Below, piece after piece: positions 1 to 9,105 of a stretch of DNA of 64,000 nt (position 1 is its first letter; each line of letters opens with the position of its first letter). The stretch covers positions 1,038,784 through 1,102,783 of the forward strand of contig JAKVOU010000001.1 of the NCBI GenBank assembly GCA_022482625.1, in the 5' to 3' direction. The notes below the pieces were generated by a model that did not search any database, had not been told where the DNA came from, and saw nothing but the letters and a program-made list of their open reading frames with translations. Source of the stretch: Spirochaetia bacterium. Its GTDB lineage: Bacteria > Spirochaetota > Spirochaetia > Sphaerochaetales > Sphaerochaetaceae. The translations under genes were made by a program, and so were the position numbers.

Positions 1-678
1 AAACGGGTCAAGGTAATTTCTGAACGGATAACCAAGCAGATTTCCCGCTACCTTGTCATCAAGGTAATCATAAGTGCTGCAACAGGACTGTTGTTCTTTA
101 TAACCGCAGAAGCAGTAGGACTTGATTTTGCGCTTCTTTGGGGCATCATGGCCTTCGTGCTCAACTTTATTCCGACAATAGGTTCCTTGATTTCTACGAT
201 AGCCATCATCCTGATGGCAGTACTTCAGTTTGCACCGAATTGGATCCCAATCTTCTATGTAGCGGTCCTGTCCATTGCAATACAGACCGTACTGGGCAAC
301 ATCATTGACCCGAGACTACAAGGTATCCAATTGGGACTTTCCCCGCTTATGCTGCTGGTCTCACTCTCCCTGTGGGGCTTTATCTGGGGAATCCCAGGTA
401 TGTTCCTTGCTGTTCCTATTACCAGTGGGATACAGGTCGTCTGCATCAACATTCCTTCATTGCGTCCCTTCGCTATCATCCTAGGAAGCGGGAAACCATA
501 TAAACGCCGCCAAAAAGAAGAAAGCTGGCTACGTAGATCAGCAAAACGCAGTTATGGAAAAGGACAGAAAACCAGTTCAGAGGACTTGGAGAAACAGGCA
601 GATGAGAAAGCCAAGAATTCCCTCAACCAAGATGACTTCGTCCTCCCTGAAATTTTCCCTGGGAATGAGGACAAGTGA
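1..678 (+). CDS. AI-2E family transporter (PerM/UPF0118-like), 3' part; gene starts upstream of the window
   Basis: Frame 1 is open from nt 1 and runs into listed ORF 91..678. It has hydrophobic helices with FIPTIGSLISTIAIILMA, GNIIDPRLQG and GMFLAVPIT segments typical of AI-2E/PerM permeases, then a charged C-terminal tail. Confidence 0.75.
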   Translation, partial: KRVKVISERITKQISRYLVIKVIISAATGLLFFITAEAVGLDFALLWGIMAFVLNFIPTIGSLISTIAIILMAVLQFAPNWIPIFYVAVLSIAIQTVLGNIIDPRLQGIQLGLSPLMLLVSLSLWGFIWGIPGMFLAVPITSGIQVVCINIPSLRPFAIILGSGKPYKRRQKEESWLRRSAKRSYGKGQKTSSEDLEKQADEKAKNSLNQDDFVLPEIFPGNEDK

Positions 679-1142
679 ACAATTACAGCCGCGAGGATGA
701 CAGGGATATACTCATCGTCTCAATGAGAAAAATGTCTATGCTTGCAAGAAAAGTCGGACAGATGGAAAACAACGGAAGGAACGCAGGACAAGATGCATCT
801 GCCCTATCTGAGCGGCAGACAGAAGTCCTCACATTGATAAGTGAACTTCCGGTACCACCTACGCTCGGGCGTCTATCTTCATTGTTGGGAACCAGTCATC
901 AAAATCTAAGGATCATGCTGAACAACCTTGAGAGCAAAGGATTGATTGCTTTTTCCACAGACAACATGGATAAGCGAAAACTACGCATCAGCCTGACTGG
1001 AAAAGGAAACAAGACCATAAAGGAACTACGAATAGCATCACAGTCTATTTTCGATAATCTGCTGAGACAGCTCAGCAGTGACGAAATCGCCAACTTTGCT
1101 TTTCTGATGAGAAAAATAGGAAATATCCTTGATCATCAGTAA
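675..1142 (+). CDS. MarR family transcriptional regulator
   Basis: Winged-helix core LTLISELPVPPTLGRLSSLLGTSHQNLRIMLNNLESKGLIAFSTDNMDKRKLRISLTGKGNK. The GTG start overlaps the upstream stop (GTGA); an alternative ATG lies at 723. Confidence 0.8.
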   Translation: MNNYSREDDRDILIVSMRKMSMLARKVGQMENNGRNAGQDASALSERQTEVLTLISELPVPPTLGRLSSLLGTSHQNLRIMLNNLESKGLIAFSTDNMDKRKLRISLTGKGNKTIKELRIASQSIFDNLLRQLSSDEIANFAFLMRKIGNILDHQ

Positions 1143-1199
1143 GCTTTCAGCATGAATGGAAGCCTTGGGTGCCCATACTTCCTGATATCGGGGTAACAG

Positions 1200-2492
1200 A
1201 TGAGTTCCAGCAAAAACAGAAGAGATCTGACAATCTATGATCCTGATTACGATGATACACCAGCTTATGGAAGTCTGCTTCCATGGTCGGAAGCTGCACA
1301 CAAGCTCAACGATTTCTTTGATGACATGGAAAGAACAGGCTTCATAGCCTCGGGTATATCTACAGAATCCCTTTTTTCACAGAAAGGAAGGATGTTCGGC
1401 ATTCTCATTGCAAAGAGCCAAACCGGCGCAATTCATATTCTCAAGGCCTTCTCTGGATGTATGGACGGCCGATCGATTGTCGAAGGTTTTGCTCCACCTC
1501 TCTATGACGCTGTTGCCTTTGATGCAATCAATACAAACCATGCAAAGGCAATCAAAGAAATGAACAAAGAGGAAGGACAGGCCCTGTCTGCCGTCACACT
1601 GAAAAAGTTGCAGGATCTCTATATTTTTCCTTGTATTGATGGCGGACAACTGAATTTCAGCCAACTTGGTCTGGAACACCCTCCTACCGGAACCGGTGAC
1701 TGCTGTGCCCCGAAGCTGCTGGCACAGGCTTTCAGAGAAGGACTGACTCCAGTCAGTCTTGTCGAAGGTTTTTTCGGAAAAGAAAGTGAAGGGAAGAAAC
1801 ATCGTCATTTATATCCACCCTGCAAGGAAAAATGTGCCTTGATATTGCCTGCAATGCTGGGATTGGATATCCTCTACTGCGATGATTTCCTTACTGTCCT
1901 GAACAAACCTGCAGGATTACAGACACTGCCAGGCAAACAAGTTGAAGATAATCTCAACAGCAGATTACTAAGGCTTTTTCCCTCTTCCCTGCCTGTCAGT
2001 GCCGTACATCGGCTTGATATGGACACATCCGGCATTGTGCTGATGGCAAGAAACAGACAATGCTTCAGTATTCTCTCACGACAATTCCAGCAGAAAAAGA
2101 TCAACAAAGTCTATGAAGCAATGGTCAGAGGTGTCGTACGAAAAGAAAGCGGAAAGATTACACTACCCTTATGTGCGGACAAAGACCATCGACCTCTGCA
2201 GCTTGTCGACCTGGACCAAGGGAAACCGGCAATGACAGTCTTCAAAAGGCTGTCAGTCGAACGGCAACCGGACGGGCAGCTTTGGACCCGTCTGCAACTG
2301 ATTCCGGCAACAGGACGGACACATCAGCTCCGCGTCCATTGTAAGGAAATGCTGTTCCCTATCGTAGCAGACAGACTTTATGGATATCGATCTGACACAG
2401 AACCCCGCATGTTACTCCATGCATCAAAGATCAGCTTTACCCATCCTGTCAATCATCGCAAAGTGACAATTGACTGCCCTGCGCCTTTCTAA
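1200..2492 (+). CDS. RluA-family pseudouridine synthase with an extra ~215-aa N-terminal domain
   Basis: The C-terminal half carries RluA motifs: LNKPAGLQT, the catalytic HRLDMDTSGIVLMARN, and GRTHQLRVH. The N-terminal half (GRMFGILIAKSQTGAIHILKAFSG, Cys cluster CCAP...PPCKEKC) is additional. Confidence 0.85.
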   Translation: MSSSKNRRDLTIYDPDYDDTPAYGSLLPWSEAAHKLNDFFDDMERTGFIASGISTESLFSQKGRMFGILIAKSQTGAIHILKAFSGCMDGRSIVEGFAPPLYDAVAFDAINTNHAKAIKEMNKEEGQALSAVTLKKLQDLYIFPCIDGGQLNFSQLGLEHPPTGTGDCCAPKLLAQAFREGLTPVSLVEGFFGKESEGKKHRHLYPPCKEKCALILPAMLGLDILYCDDFLTVLNKPAGLQTLPGKQVEDNLNSRLLRLFPSSLPVSAVHRLDMDTSGIVLMARNRQCFSILSRQFQQKKINKVYEAMVRGVVRKESGKITLPLCADKDHRPLQLVDLDQGKPAMTVFKRLSVERQPDGQLWTRLQLIPATGRTHQLRVHCKEMLFPIVADRLYGYRSDTEPRMLLHASKISFTHPVNHRKVTIDCPAPF

Positions 2493-3316
2493 GCAGAAGG
2501 AACAACCGATAGTTTCTTTGTTTTCTCATCCCATATTACAGAACCAAAAGCAATCCCCATACGTTTGCTCCACTGCCTGCCATTTTCAAGGAAAGAAGAA
2601 AAATTCAGGGGATCATGCAAGTCCCCATTGCAGATTATCTTGACCTTGGGAAACTGCTCCTTTGCAAGATTCCAGAACGGGTCAAGCGGATAAGGATACC
2701 GAAACCCTTTTGAATCAAGTACCTTTTCCTTCAGTAACCCATTGGCATTTACTTCCAAAGGAATATCATAACTTGCAGCACAGCTCAATATTTCCTTGCT
2801 GACGGCAATTGCCTCGGCATCCCATCGAGGATACTGTATGCCAAAAAGATCAGGATGGGCACCAAAAGCAAACAGTCCGCTCTCCAAGGCTCTGACATAC
2901 TGCTGCCCATATATGGCAAGTTCCTTCTTGCCTATCGGCAGGCAATGAATCGGAAAATCAGCCTGCTGCGGTGTATCAAGATAATGGACTCCGAATAGCA
3001 AAAAATCAGTCTGTTCTTTCAATTCTTGGAAATAAGAACGATAGGCAGGATAAAAATCACATTCAAAGCCTGCCAGGACCTTGATATCTTCCACTTGCTG
3101 AGCTGCCTTTATGTCCTGCAGATAATCCGGCAAGGAACCGAAAGCCATCCTGCTACTTGCCCAACGGTTTTCCTTCACCGGACAATGTTCACTGAATCCT
3201 AGCAGGGAAATACCGTTTTTTCTTGCTTCCCTGACATAATCAATGGGTTCTCCTACGCCATGTCCACAATAGTAGGAATGCGTATGGAGATTGTATGATC
3301 CGAATCTATAAGTCAT
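2489..3316 (-). CDS. PHP-domain phosphatase (HisJ-type histidinol phosphatase family)
   Basis: PHP metal-ligand pattern HTHSYYCGHG, GFSEHCP, GFECDF, GAHPDLF. 275 aa. Its 3' end overlaps the convergent RluA gene by 4 nt. Confidence 0.75.
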   Translation of the reverse strand: MTYRFGSYNLHTHSYYCGHGVGEPIDYVREARKNGISLLGFSEHCPVKENRWASSRMAFGSLPDYLQDIKAAQQVEDIKVLAGFECDFYPAYRSYFQELKEQTDFLLFGVHYLDTPQQADFPIHCLPIGKKELAIYGQQYVRALESGLFAFGAHPDLFGIQYPRWDAEAIAVSKEILSCAASYDIPLEVNANGLLKEKVLDSKGFRYPYPLDPFWNLAKEQFPKVKIICNGDLHDPLNFSSFLENGRQWSKRMGIAFGSVIWDEKTKKLSVVPSA

Positions 3317-5034
3317 TGCATATCTCTTTCTTTGATATTTTCAAGATGTTCAGCATAAGTCTTTGCCAAGGCAATACTACCATCCTTGCGATGCAGGTAG
3401 TAAAGGTAATCACCTTCGCCAGGCGCAAAAGCAGCAGCCAAGGCATTGGGTCCTGGGCAGCAGATACCGCTTGGAACAAGCCCTTTCTTTCGCCTTGTAT
3501 TGTACGGCGTCTTTTTGTCCAGCACTTCACGACTCAGCTCTCCCGTCCACTGTCCCGTTTCATATCGTGTCGTTGCATCAATGCCCAGCGGCATGTCCTT
3601 GGCAAGCCTATTATAGATAACCGATGCAATAGCAACCATTTGGGATGTATCCTGGGTTTCCGCCTGGATAAGAGTAGCAATGATCAGGATATCTTCCAAG
3701 CTGTACTGCTGCACCATATTCCCACCAAGTTCTGGTGATACGGCCTCAAGCAGATGCGTAAACATCTGCCTTGCCAAATTTTCAGCAGCCTTGTCACGGT
3801 TGACTTTGTAAGTACCTGATTCAAACCAGCCCTCAGTAAAGGATAGCCCATAACGGGAACAAATGGCATTGCAGGCAGCAATGAAATCACCCTTGTTTCC
3901 ATATCCCCGTCGGACAAGGTTTGCATCGATTGTTGCTATGGTCATACCAGGGAAAACGGTCAATCCCACTTCACTGGGGCTACTTATCAATGAAGCAATC
4001 TTTTCAATGCTGGTTCCTTTCAAAATGGTATAATCGCCGCTTACCAATTTTCCGGACAAATCGTTGGAAAGAATATAGGCAAGCAATGCAGCTCCGTCAC
4101 AGACTCCTTGCTTATCCAGCATATCACAGATAGCTGCAGCTCCTGTCCCCGGAAGTATGGTAACTTGTACGGATTTGCTGTCAGTTTCCAGACTTGCAGG
4201 TGAAGCAGCCTTGACAGGCACGACGGAGGCAAGTTCAGCCTGTGGATGCACATACCCTCCCAATGGATTACGGTTATGCAGCAGCCCTATGATCCAGATG
4301 ACCAAGATACCGATGATTACAAACAGAATACTGAAGATCAGCTTCATATCCAGCGAAGAAACATGCCTGGCATGTTTCTCCCGTTTCTTACCATCCAGGG
4401 CGTTATGCTTTGCCCTAGATACGGAAGAAGCTGGCAAAACAGGTATTGCATCCTTATGCAGCGTAGCTGTCTGGTGGGATATACCTTTGTCGCTGTCGGT
4501 AGCAAGGCGAGCTTTCTGTTGCTTCAGCTCAGCCTTTTCCGGCCGGCTTTTCTTTTCCACAGACGGATGAGCTGCCATAGCTTTTTTATCATTCTTGCCT
4601 TGCTTCTGTGCCTGCTGGCGTTCAATGGCCTCAAACAATGTCAACGTTGCATTTGGATTGCCATGGGAAGCTGCTGTATGCTGCTTCTTTCTCGCCTGAG
4701 AACGGTTACCGGCAGCTTGTACTTTTTCTCCATTTTTTTTCTGAGGTAAGGAAGTTTCTTTGCCCTTGGTTGAGAATATGCGTTCAGCCTTTGCCACTGA
4801 TGGACTGATTTTTTTCTGTGAACCTGTATGCTGACCTTGGCTCTTCGTAACCTTCTTGGCTGCAGAAACTTTCCGATTTTTTTCCACCGAGTTAGAAGAT
4901 GCCTTTTCTTTCGTTCCTTTTCCGCTTGTTGTCTTTTTTTGCGCAGGATGCTGCCTGGTCCTTTCTTCCCCGAGATACGGATCAGAGCTATCCTTTGTTT
5001 TCTTAATTGGCATAGGGTCCACCCAATCTGTCAT
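3313..5034 (-). CDS. mltG: Endolytic murein transglycosylase MltG (YceG-like) with a long K/S/A-rich N-terminal tail
   Basis: C-terminal YceG domain motifs LIIATLIQAETQ, VIYNRL, PYNTRRKKGLVPSGICCPGPNALAAAF, YLYYL. It has a single TM helix (IFSILFVIIGILVIWIIGLL) preceded by about 235 low-complexity basic residues. Confidence 0.85.
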   Translation of the reverse strand: MTDWVDPMPIKKTKDSSDPYLGEERTRQHPAQKKTTSGKGTKEKASSNSVEKNRKVSAAKKVTKSQGQHTGSQKKISPSVAKAERIFSTKGKETSLPQKKNGEKVQAAGNRSQARKKQHTAASHGNPNATLTLFEAIERQQAQKQGKNDKKAMAAHPSVEKKSRPEKAELKQQKARLATDSDKGISHQTATLHKDAIPVLPASSVSRAKHNALDGKKREKHARHVSSLDMKLIFSILFVIIGILVIWIIGLLHNRNPLGGYVHPQAELASVVPVKAASPASLETDSKSVQVTILPGTGAAAICDMLDKQGVCDGAALLAYILSNDLSGKLVSGDYTILKGTSIEKIASLISSPSEVGLTVFPGMTIATIDANLVRRGYGNKGDFIAACNAICSRYGLSFTEGWFESGTYKVNRDKAAENLARQMFTHLLEAVSPELGGNMVQQYSLEDILIIATLIQAETQDTSQMVAIASVIYNRLAKDMPLGIDATTRYETGQWTGELSREVLDKKTPYNTRRKKGLVPSGICCPGPNALAAAFAPGEGDYLYYLHRKDGSIALAKTYAEHLENIKERDMQ

Positions 5035-6127
5035 TATCCTGTTCCAACGTATCGGCCATATTGTATATGCCTTTCGATTTCAGCTGGATTATCTGGCGTC
5101 TCTTGTCATCGATGGAACTGTTGATCTTTTCAATCTGAGTCTTGCATGAATTGATCTGTTTCTGCAAAGCTTCGACTTTTTGCCGTTCATAGGTAATCTT
5201 GGCAGAAATTTCTCCTATCCTTATTTCATTCTTCAATTTTTCTATATCCCGATCAATTTCTTCACATTGACGGCGATGAAGAGTTATCTGGTCAATTACC
5301 GTAATCGCCTCATTTCCCACCTGGGCACCGGTTATGGTATCAGGCAAGGATGCATAAAGTTCTTCTCCGAGTTTTCTTGCAGTATCCTTCAGTGCTGCTT
5401 CGGCATCAGCAACCAGACGGACATACTGGTCTATTTCACTGGTCAGATGTTCACGTCCTTCACCTTTCAGCAACTCCTTCATATCATCCAATTCTTTGAG
5501 ACGGTTTTCCACATCAAGTTTCTGACCATGTAGTTTTTCATAAGCTGCTGACATGTCCTCATAGTTCTGAGAAGGAACCTTTGAAAGCAACTCTTCCTTT
5601 TCCAAAAGAAAGCCTGCAGCCATAAAGGCCTTGAATAGCGTTTTTCTCTGGTTCTGCAGATGCCTTTGATGGAATTTGCTGAAAAGTTTCGAACTTTTTC
5701 CAGTATCGGATACATCATGTGAAACGGGCATCTTGCCAAAAACAGGCTGGACGACTGCAGCGACTTTACTGTCCAAGGAGCCTGAAACATAGGCTTCAAA
5801 GCAACAGGCTCCATATCGCGAAAGCAATTCGTTCAATTTGCCATCTGCAAGCTGTTTTTCCTTTCTGCATGTTGCCCTTCGTTGGTCTTGGTCCGCCAAG
5901 GCTTCAAGTTTCGACTGCAACATGTCACGATGATCCGCAAGCGTCTGCAGTTTCTGCTTCTGCTCCAAGTACTCACCCATACGTTTTCGACACCAATCGA
6001 AATTGTCAGAATCGCACTGCAAGGCAACACTACGGCCAAGTTCCTCATATAGAAGATCCATATCTTTCAACGTATCATCTCTCTGATGTATCTTTGCGCT
6101 TATAGCAACCTGTGCAGTCATAGCCAT
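5003..6127 (-). CDS. Hypothetical coiled-coil protein
   Basis: 374-aa ORF rich in E/K/L/Q with heptad-like stretches and no catalytic motif recognised. Its 3' end overlaps the mltG start by 32 nt, suggesting co-transcription. Confidence 0.55.
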   Translation of the reverse strand: MAMTAQVAISAKIHQRDDTLKDMDLLYEELGRSVALQCDSDNFDWCRKRMGEYLEQKQKLQTLADHRDMLQSKLEALADQDQRRATCRKEKQLADGKLNELLSRYGACCFEAYVSGSLDSKVAAVVQPVFGKMPVSHDVSDTGKSSKLFSKFHQRHLQNQRKTLFKAFMAAGFLLEKEELLSKVPSQNYEDMSAAYEKLHGQKLDVENRLKELDDMKELLKGEGREHLTSEIDQYVRLVADAEAALKDTARKLGEELYASLPDTITGAQVGNEAITVIDQITLHRRQCEEIDRDIEKLKNEIRIGEISAKITYERQKVEALQKQINSCKTQIEKINSSIDDKRRQIIQLKSKGIYNMADTLEQDNDRLGGPYAN

Positions 6128-6155
6128 AATTCCATACTAGCAGAAATACGTTTCC

Positions 6156-6183
6156 TTGACAAAGGCTTTGACTCTCTTATATT
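6156..6183 (+). promoter_or_regulatory. Candidate sigma70-type promoter for the 6373 gene
   Basis: TTGACA at 6156..6161, a 16-nt spacer, then TATATT at 6178..6183. This leaves a roughly 190-nt leader before the ATG at 6373. Confidence 0.4.
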
Positions 6184-6372
6184 CTCAAAGTATATGTATC
6201 CTCATCGATACAATCAGGCGGAGCCTGATATAACATGCCAGTCCCTTTGTCATTCAGTCAGGTAGTGTTTTTCAACACTGAAAAAGAGCAGGATGCTGAT
6301 GACAAAGGCGCATAGAGACGGTCAGGAACAAACAGAACTACCGTTTCATTTCATGTAAGGAGAGAATTGCAC

Positions 6373-6987
6373 ATGGACAACAGCAAAAGCGTACCTACTG
6401 ATACCGATGTATTTGCATCCAGGATCCAGTTACTCGCAGGAAAGACAAAAGCTGACCCGCACCCGGAAGAACTTGAATCCCTCAAGAAACTTATCAAGAA
6501 AAATGTTCCTTTTACTCTTCGGGGCTACTTTCTTGCCTACGTAGTAAGGGAATTGTTGTCACAGGAAAACAGCAAGACCGGCAACCGTAGCAGGCAACAC
6601 CAGCAACGAAACAATGGCAACAATGGCGCCAAGCCCCGTCTTTCAGCCGCAGCGGGCAATACCACACCAACAAGCCAGGCACAGAACGGAACAGACGCAA
6701 CAGCAAAGGTTGCAAGGCCTGAACGCAAGGAAAAAGCATTGCCGGAAGGAGCAAAGACACTTTATCTGAACATCGGCAAGATCAGAAAGTTGTATGCCAG
6801 GGAAATTTCCCAGATGCTTCAGGAAAATCTGTCCATTACCAGGGACGATATCTATGCCATAAGAGTACATGACAAGTATTCCTTCATCACAATGGACGAA
6901 GCAAACTGTGAAAAGGCAATAGCATTGTTCAATGGCAAGGAAATCAAAGGAAGGACCGCACAGGTAACCTACTCGAACAAGGGTTGA
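6373..6987 (+). CDS. Stand-alone DbpA-type RNA-binding-domain protein (no helicase core)
   Basis: The C-terminal LYLNIGKIRKLYAREISQMLQENLSITRDDIYAIRVHDKYSFITMDEANCEKAIALFNGKEIKGR resembles the DbpA/DeaD C-terminal RRM-like domain. The middle is a Q/N/R-rich linker. AAGGAG lies upstream of the ATG at 6373. Confidence 0.6.
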   Translation: MDNSKSVPTDTDVFASRIQLLAGKTKADPHPEELESLKKLIKKNVPFTLRGYFLAYVVRELLSQENSKTGNRSRQHQQRNNGNNGAKPRLSAAAGNTTPTSQAQNGTDATAKVARPERKEKALPEGAKTLYLNIGKIRKLYAREISQMLQENLSITRDDIYAIRVHDKYSFITMDEANCEKAIALFNGKEIKGRTAQVTYSNKG

Positions 6988-6990
6988 GAT

Positions 6991-7653
6991 ATGTTCATCG
7001 AACAGTTGGTCGTGGGACCATATCAGACAAATTGCTACATACTTGGGGAAGAAAAGACAAAAAGTGCCTGGATCATCGATCCTGGAGCTGAAGCCGAAGC
7101 TATCATATCAAAGATAGAGGAAAGGGAAGTACTGCCGGTGGCAGTACTCCTTACCCATGCACATTGGGACCATATCACTGCTCTTCCGGCATTGGTCAAA
7201 GAGTATGGCGAACTGGAAATTTTTGTCGGGGAAAATGACAGGAATTACCTTGGCAAAGGCAGCTATGCCTTCATCAAGAAAGCCTGCAATGACAATTCTT
7301 TCCTGAATATGTTTGACAAACAGCTTTCCATGCTACCGGACCCCACGACACTCCTCTCAGGTCGTCAGTTTCTTCAGGATTGCCGTCTGCTTGCCATTCC
7401 ATCACCTGGGCATACCCCCGGAGGATTTTGTTACTACAGCGAAGAGGGTCAGTTTATTTTTACAGGTGACACTCTTTTTGCCGGCAGTATCGGTCGGACG
7501 GACCTATACGGGGGTGATTATCAGGCAATGCTGAGAAGCTGTATGACACTGATGGATCTTGAAGATGACGTACAGGTACTGCCAGGCCATGGGCCGCAGA
7601 CTACCATCGGCAGAGAAAGAAGATACAACCCATATTGTCAGGGCAATGTCTGA
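6991..7653 (+). CDS. MBL-fold metallo-hydrolase (hydroxyacylglutathione hydrolase-like)
   Basis: THAHWDH zinc motif, SPGHTPG, GDTLFAGSIGRTD and LPGHG; about 220 aa, the typical size. Confidence 0.85.
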   Translation: MFIEQLVVGPYQTNCYILGEEKTKSAWIIDPGAEAEAIISKIEEREVLPVAVLLTHAHWDHITALPALVKEYGELEIFVGENDRNYLGKGSYAFIKKACNDNSFLNMFDKQLSMLPDPTTLLSGRQFLQDCRLLAIPSPGHTPGGFCYYSEEGQFIFTGDTLFAGSIGRTDLYGGDYQAMLRSCMTLMDLEDDVQVLPGHGPQTTIGRERRYNPYCQGNV

Positions 7654-7692
7654 TGGCAATGTCCCATACCCTGCCACAGAAGGAGCTTTCCT

Positions 7693-8517
7693 TTGTCTGA
7701 GACTTCAATGGATATACAGCTGATTTGTTCAGACATAGACGGAACCTTGCTTGACAGCAAAGGAATGTTGAGCGAAGAAAATATCCTATGGATACGTAAA
7801 GCTTGGTATGAAAGACATGTTGCCTTTGCCTTGGTCTCCGGACGTTTCAAGGGTGGCATACAACCGTTGGCAAAGGCTCTCGGTATTCCTTGTTTTCTTT
7901 CTTGTTTCAACGGAACATATATTTCCTACGGAACAAAAGTCCTCAATGACACCCCGTTGTCATCAGAAACAATCCTTGGTCTCCTGCCGTTGGTCAAAGA
8001 CAAAGGCAATACACCTCTTGTTTTCACCCTGAATGACTGGTATATGGAAAGCAATGGCTATTGGGCGGAAGTACAACGAAAGAAATGTGGTTTCAACGGA
8101 TATTTCCAAGACCTTCCTGTTTTGCTGAGACAGAAATCACCGGCTATAAGGCCATATAAAGCAATCATCAAGAATTTAGACCCAAGACGAATCGACGCTA
8201 CATGGCAAAAGCTACAGTCAATGCATCTGGAAGACATAGATTGCTTTCCCTCTTCGCCTCAGATACTTGAATTGGTACCGAAAGGCACAGACAAAGGTAA
8301 CACCGTCAGCATATTGGCCCGTTATCTGGGAATAGGATGCAAAAACATCATGGCCTTCGGCGATTATGTCAATGACCTAGGCATGCTGCGTAAAGCCGCC
8401 TATGGCATTGCAATGGCAAATGCCCCCGAAGAAATTAAAAAAACAGCCTTTGCCGTTACGGCATCAAACGATGAGGCTGGGATAGCAAAAGCCATCAAAA
8501 AGTATATTTTCCAATAA
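7693..8517 (+). CDS. Cof-type HAD-IIB family phosphatase
   Basis: N-terminal CSDIDGTLL (DxDGT), SGR, and C-terminal AFGDYVNDLGML...AMANA motifs. The TTG start is well spaced from AAGGAG; an alternative ATG lies at 7708. Confidence 0.85.
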   Translation: MSETSMDIQLICSDIDGTLLDSKGMLSEENILWIRKAWYERHVAFALVSGRFKGGIQPLAKALGIPCFLSCFNGTYISYGTKVLNDTPLSSETILGLLPLVKDKGNTPLVFTLNDWYMESNGYWAEVQRKKCGFNGYFQDLPVLLRQKSPAIRPYKAIIKNLDPRRIDATWQKLQSMHLEDIDCFPSSPQILELVPKGTDKGNTVSILARYLGIGCKNIMAFGDYVNDLGMLRKAAYGIAMANAPEEIKKTAFAVTASNDEAGIAKAIKKYIFQ

Positions 8518-8525
8518 TTGGAAAA

Positions 8526-8546
8526 GGAGGAATCACAGATTCCTCC
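8526..8546. terminator. Bidirectional hairpin between convergent genes
   Basis: GGAGGAATC-aca-GATTCCTCC (9-bp stem), flanked by an A-run upstream and TCCTTTT downstream. It sits between the HAD gene (+) and the DksA gene (-). Confidence 0.6.
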
Positions 8547-8561
8547 TCCTTTTGTGTACCT

Positions 8562-8933
8562 TTATGCCCTGGATTTCTTCAATCCCGGACGTTCCTCTCC
8601 GCTTTTGCATTCTACACAAAGAACTGCATATGGAATTGCACGAAGCCGATCCTCAGGTATCTTCTTGCCACATTTAAGACAACGGCCATACACATTGTTG
8701 TGGATCCGAGCCAATGCATTGTCAATGGCTTGTAGCCTATTCGCTTCCTTTGTTGCATTCATCTGCATCTTCTTGAAGGCAATCTCATCGGTTGCGGAAT
8801 CAATGCTGTCCTTAATTGTCTTTTCCGAGAGCAAGGATCTGAAATCCTCATCTTCCTTTGCCAATCGTTCCAACAACTCCCTTTTCTGCTGAAGCAATGC
8901 CTGCTCCATTTCCTTGATGAATTCCTGGCTCAT
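8562..8933 (-). CDS. DksA/TraR family C4-type zinc-finger protein
   Basis: Coiled-coil N-terminal part and a C-terminal CLKCGKKIPEDRLRAIPYAVLCVECK four-Cys finger. Confidence 0.85.
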   Translation of the reverse strand: MSQEFIKEMEQALLQQKRELLERLAKEDEDFRSLLSEKTIKDSIDSATDEIAFKKMQMNATKEANRLQAIDNALARIHNNVYGRCLKCGKKIPEDRLRAIPYAVLCVECKSGEERPGLKKSRA

Positions 8934-9105
8934 TCGCTTCTCCTAGCATCGCTCTGTCACAGCGAATTTTCTTTTTCTGAAAAGATGCTGAAAAGGTACG
9001 GGCAAGTCAAGAGGATACCCCCTCGAATTTCTTCAATTAACAGGAAAAAAACAAATATTGATACTTACTGGGCAAAAATGTTTGCCTGTTCAGTCAAGAA
9101 CAGAC

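Noticed and set aside
3295-4749. Several plus-strand ORFs (3295..3738, 4157..4570, 4246..4749) inside the mltG region
   Set aside because: They are antisense to the YceG domain and to the lysine-rich tail. The repetitive AAG/AGC-rich coding on the minus strand naturally keeps the opposite frames open.
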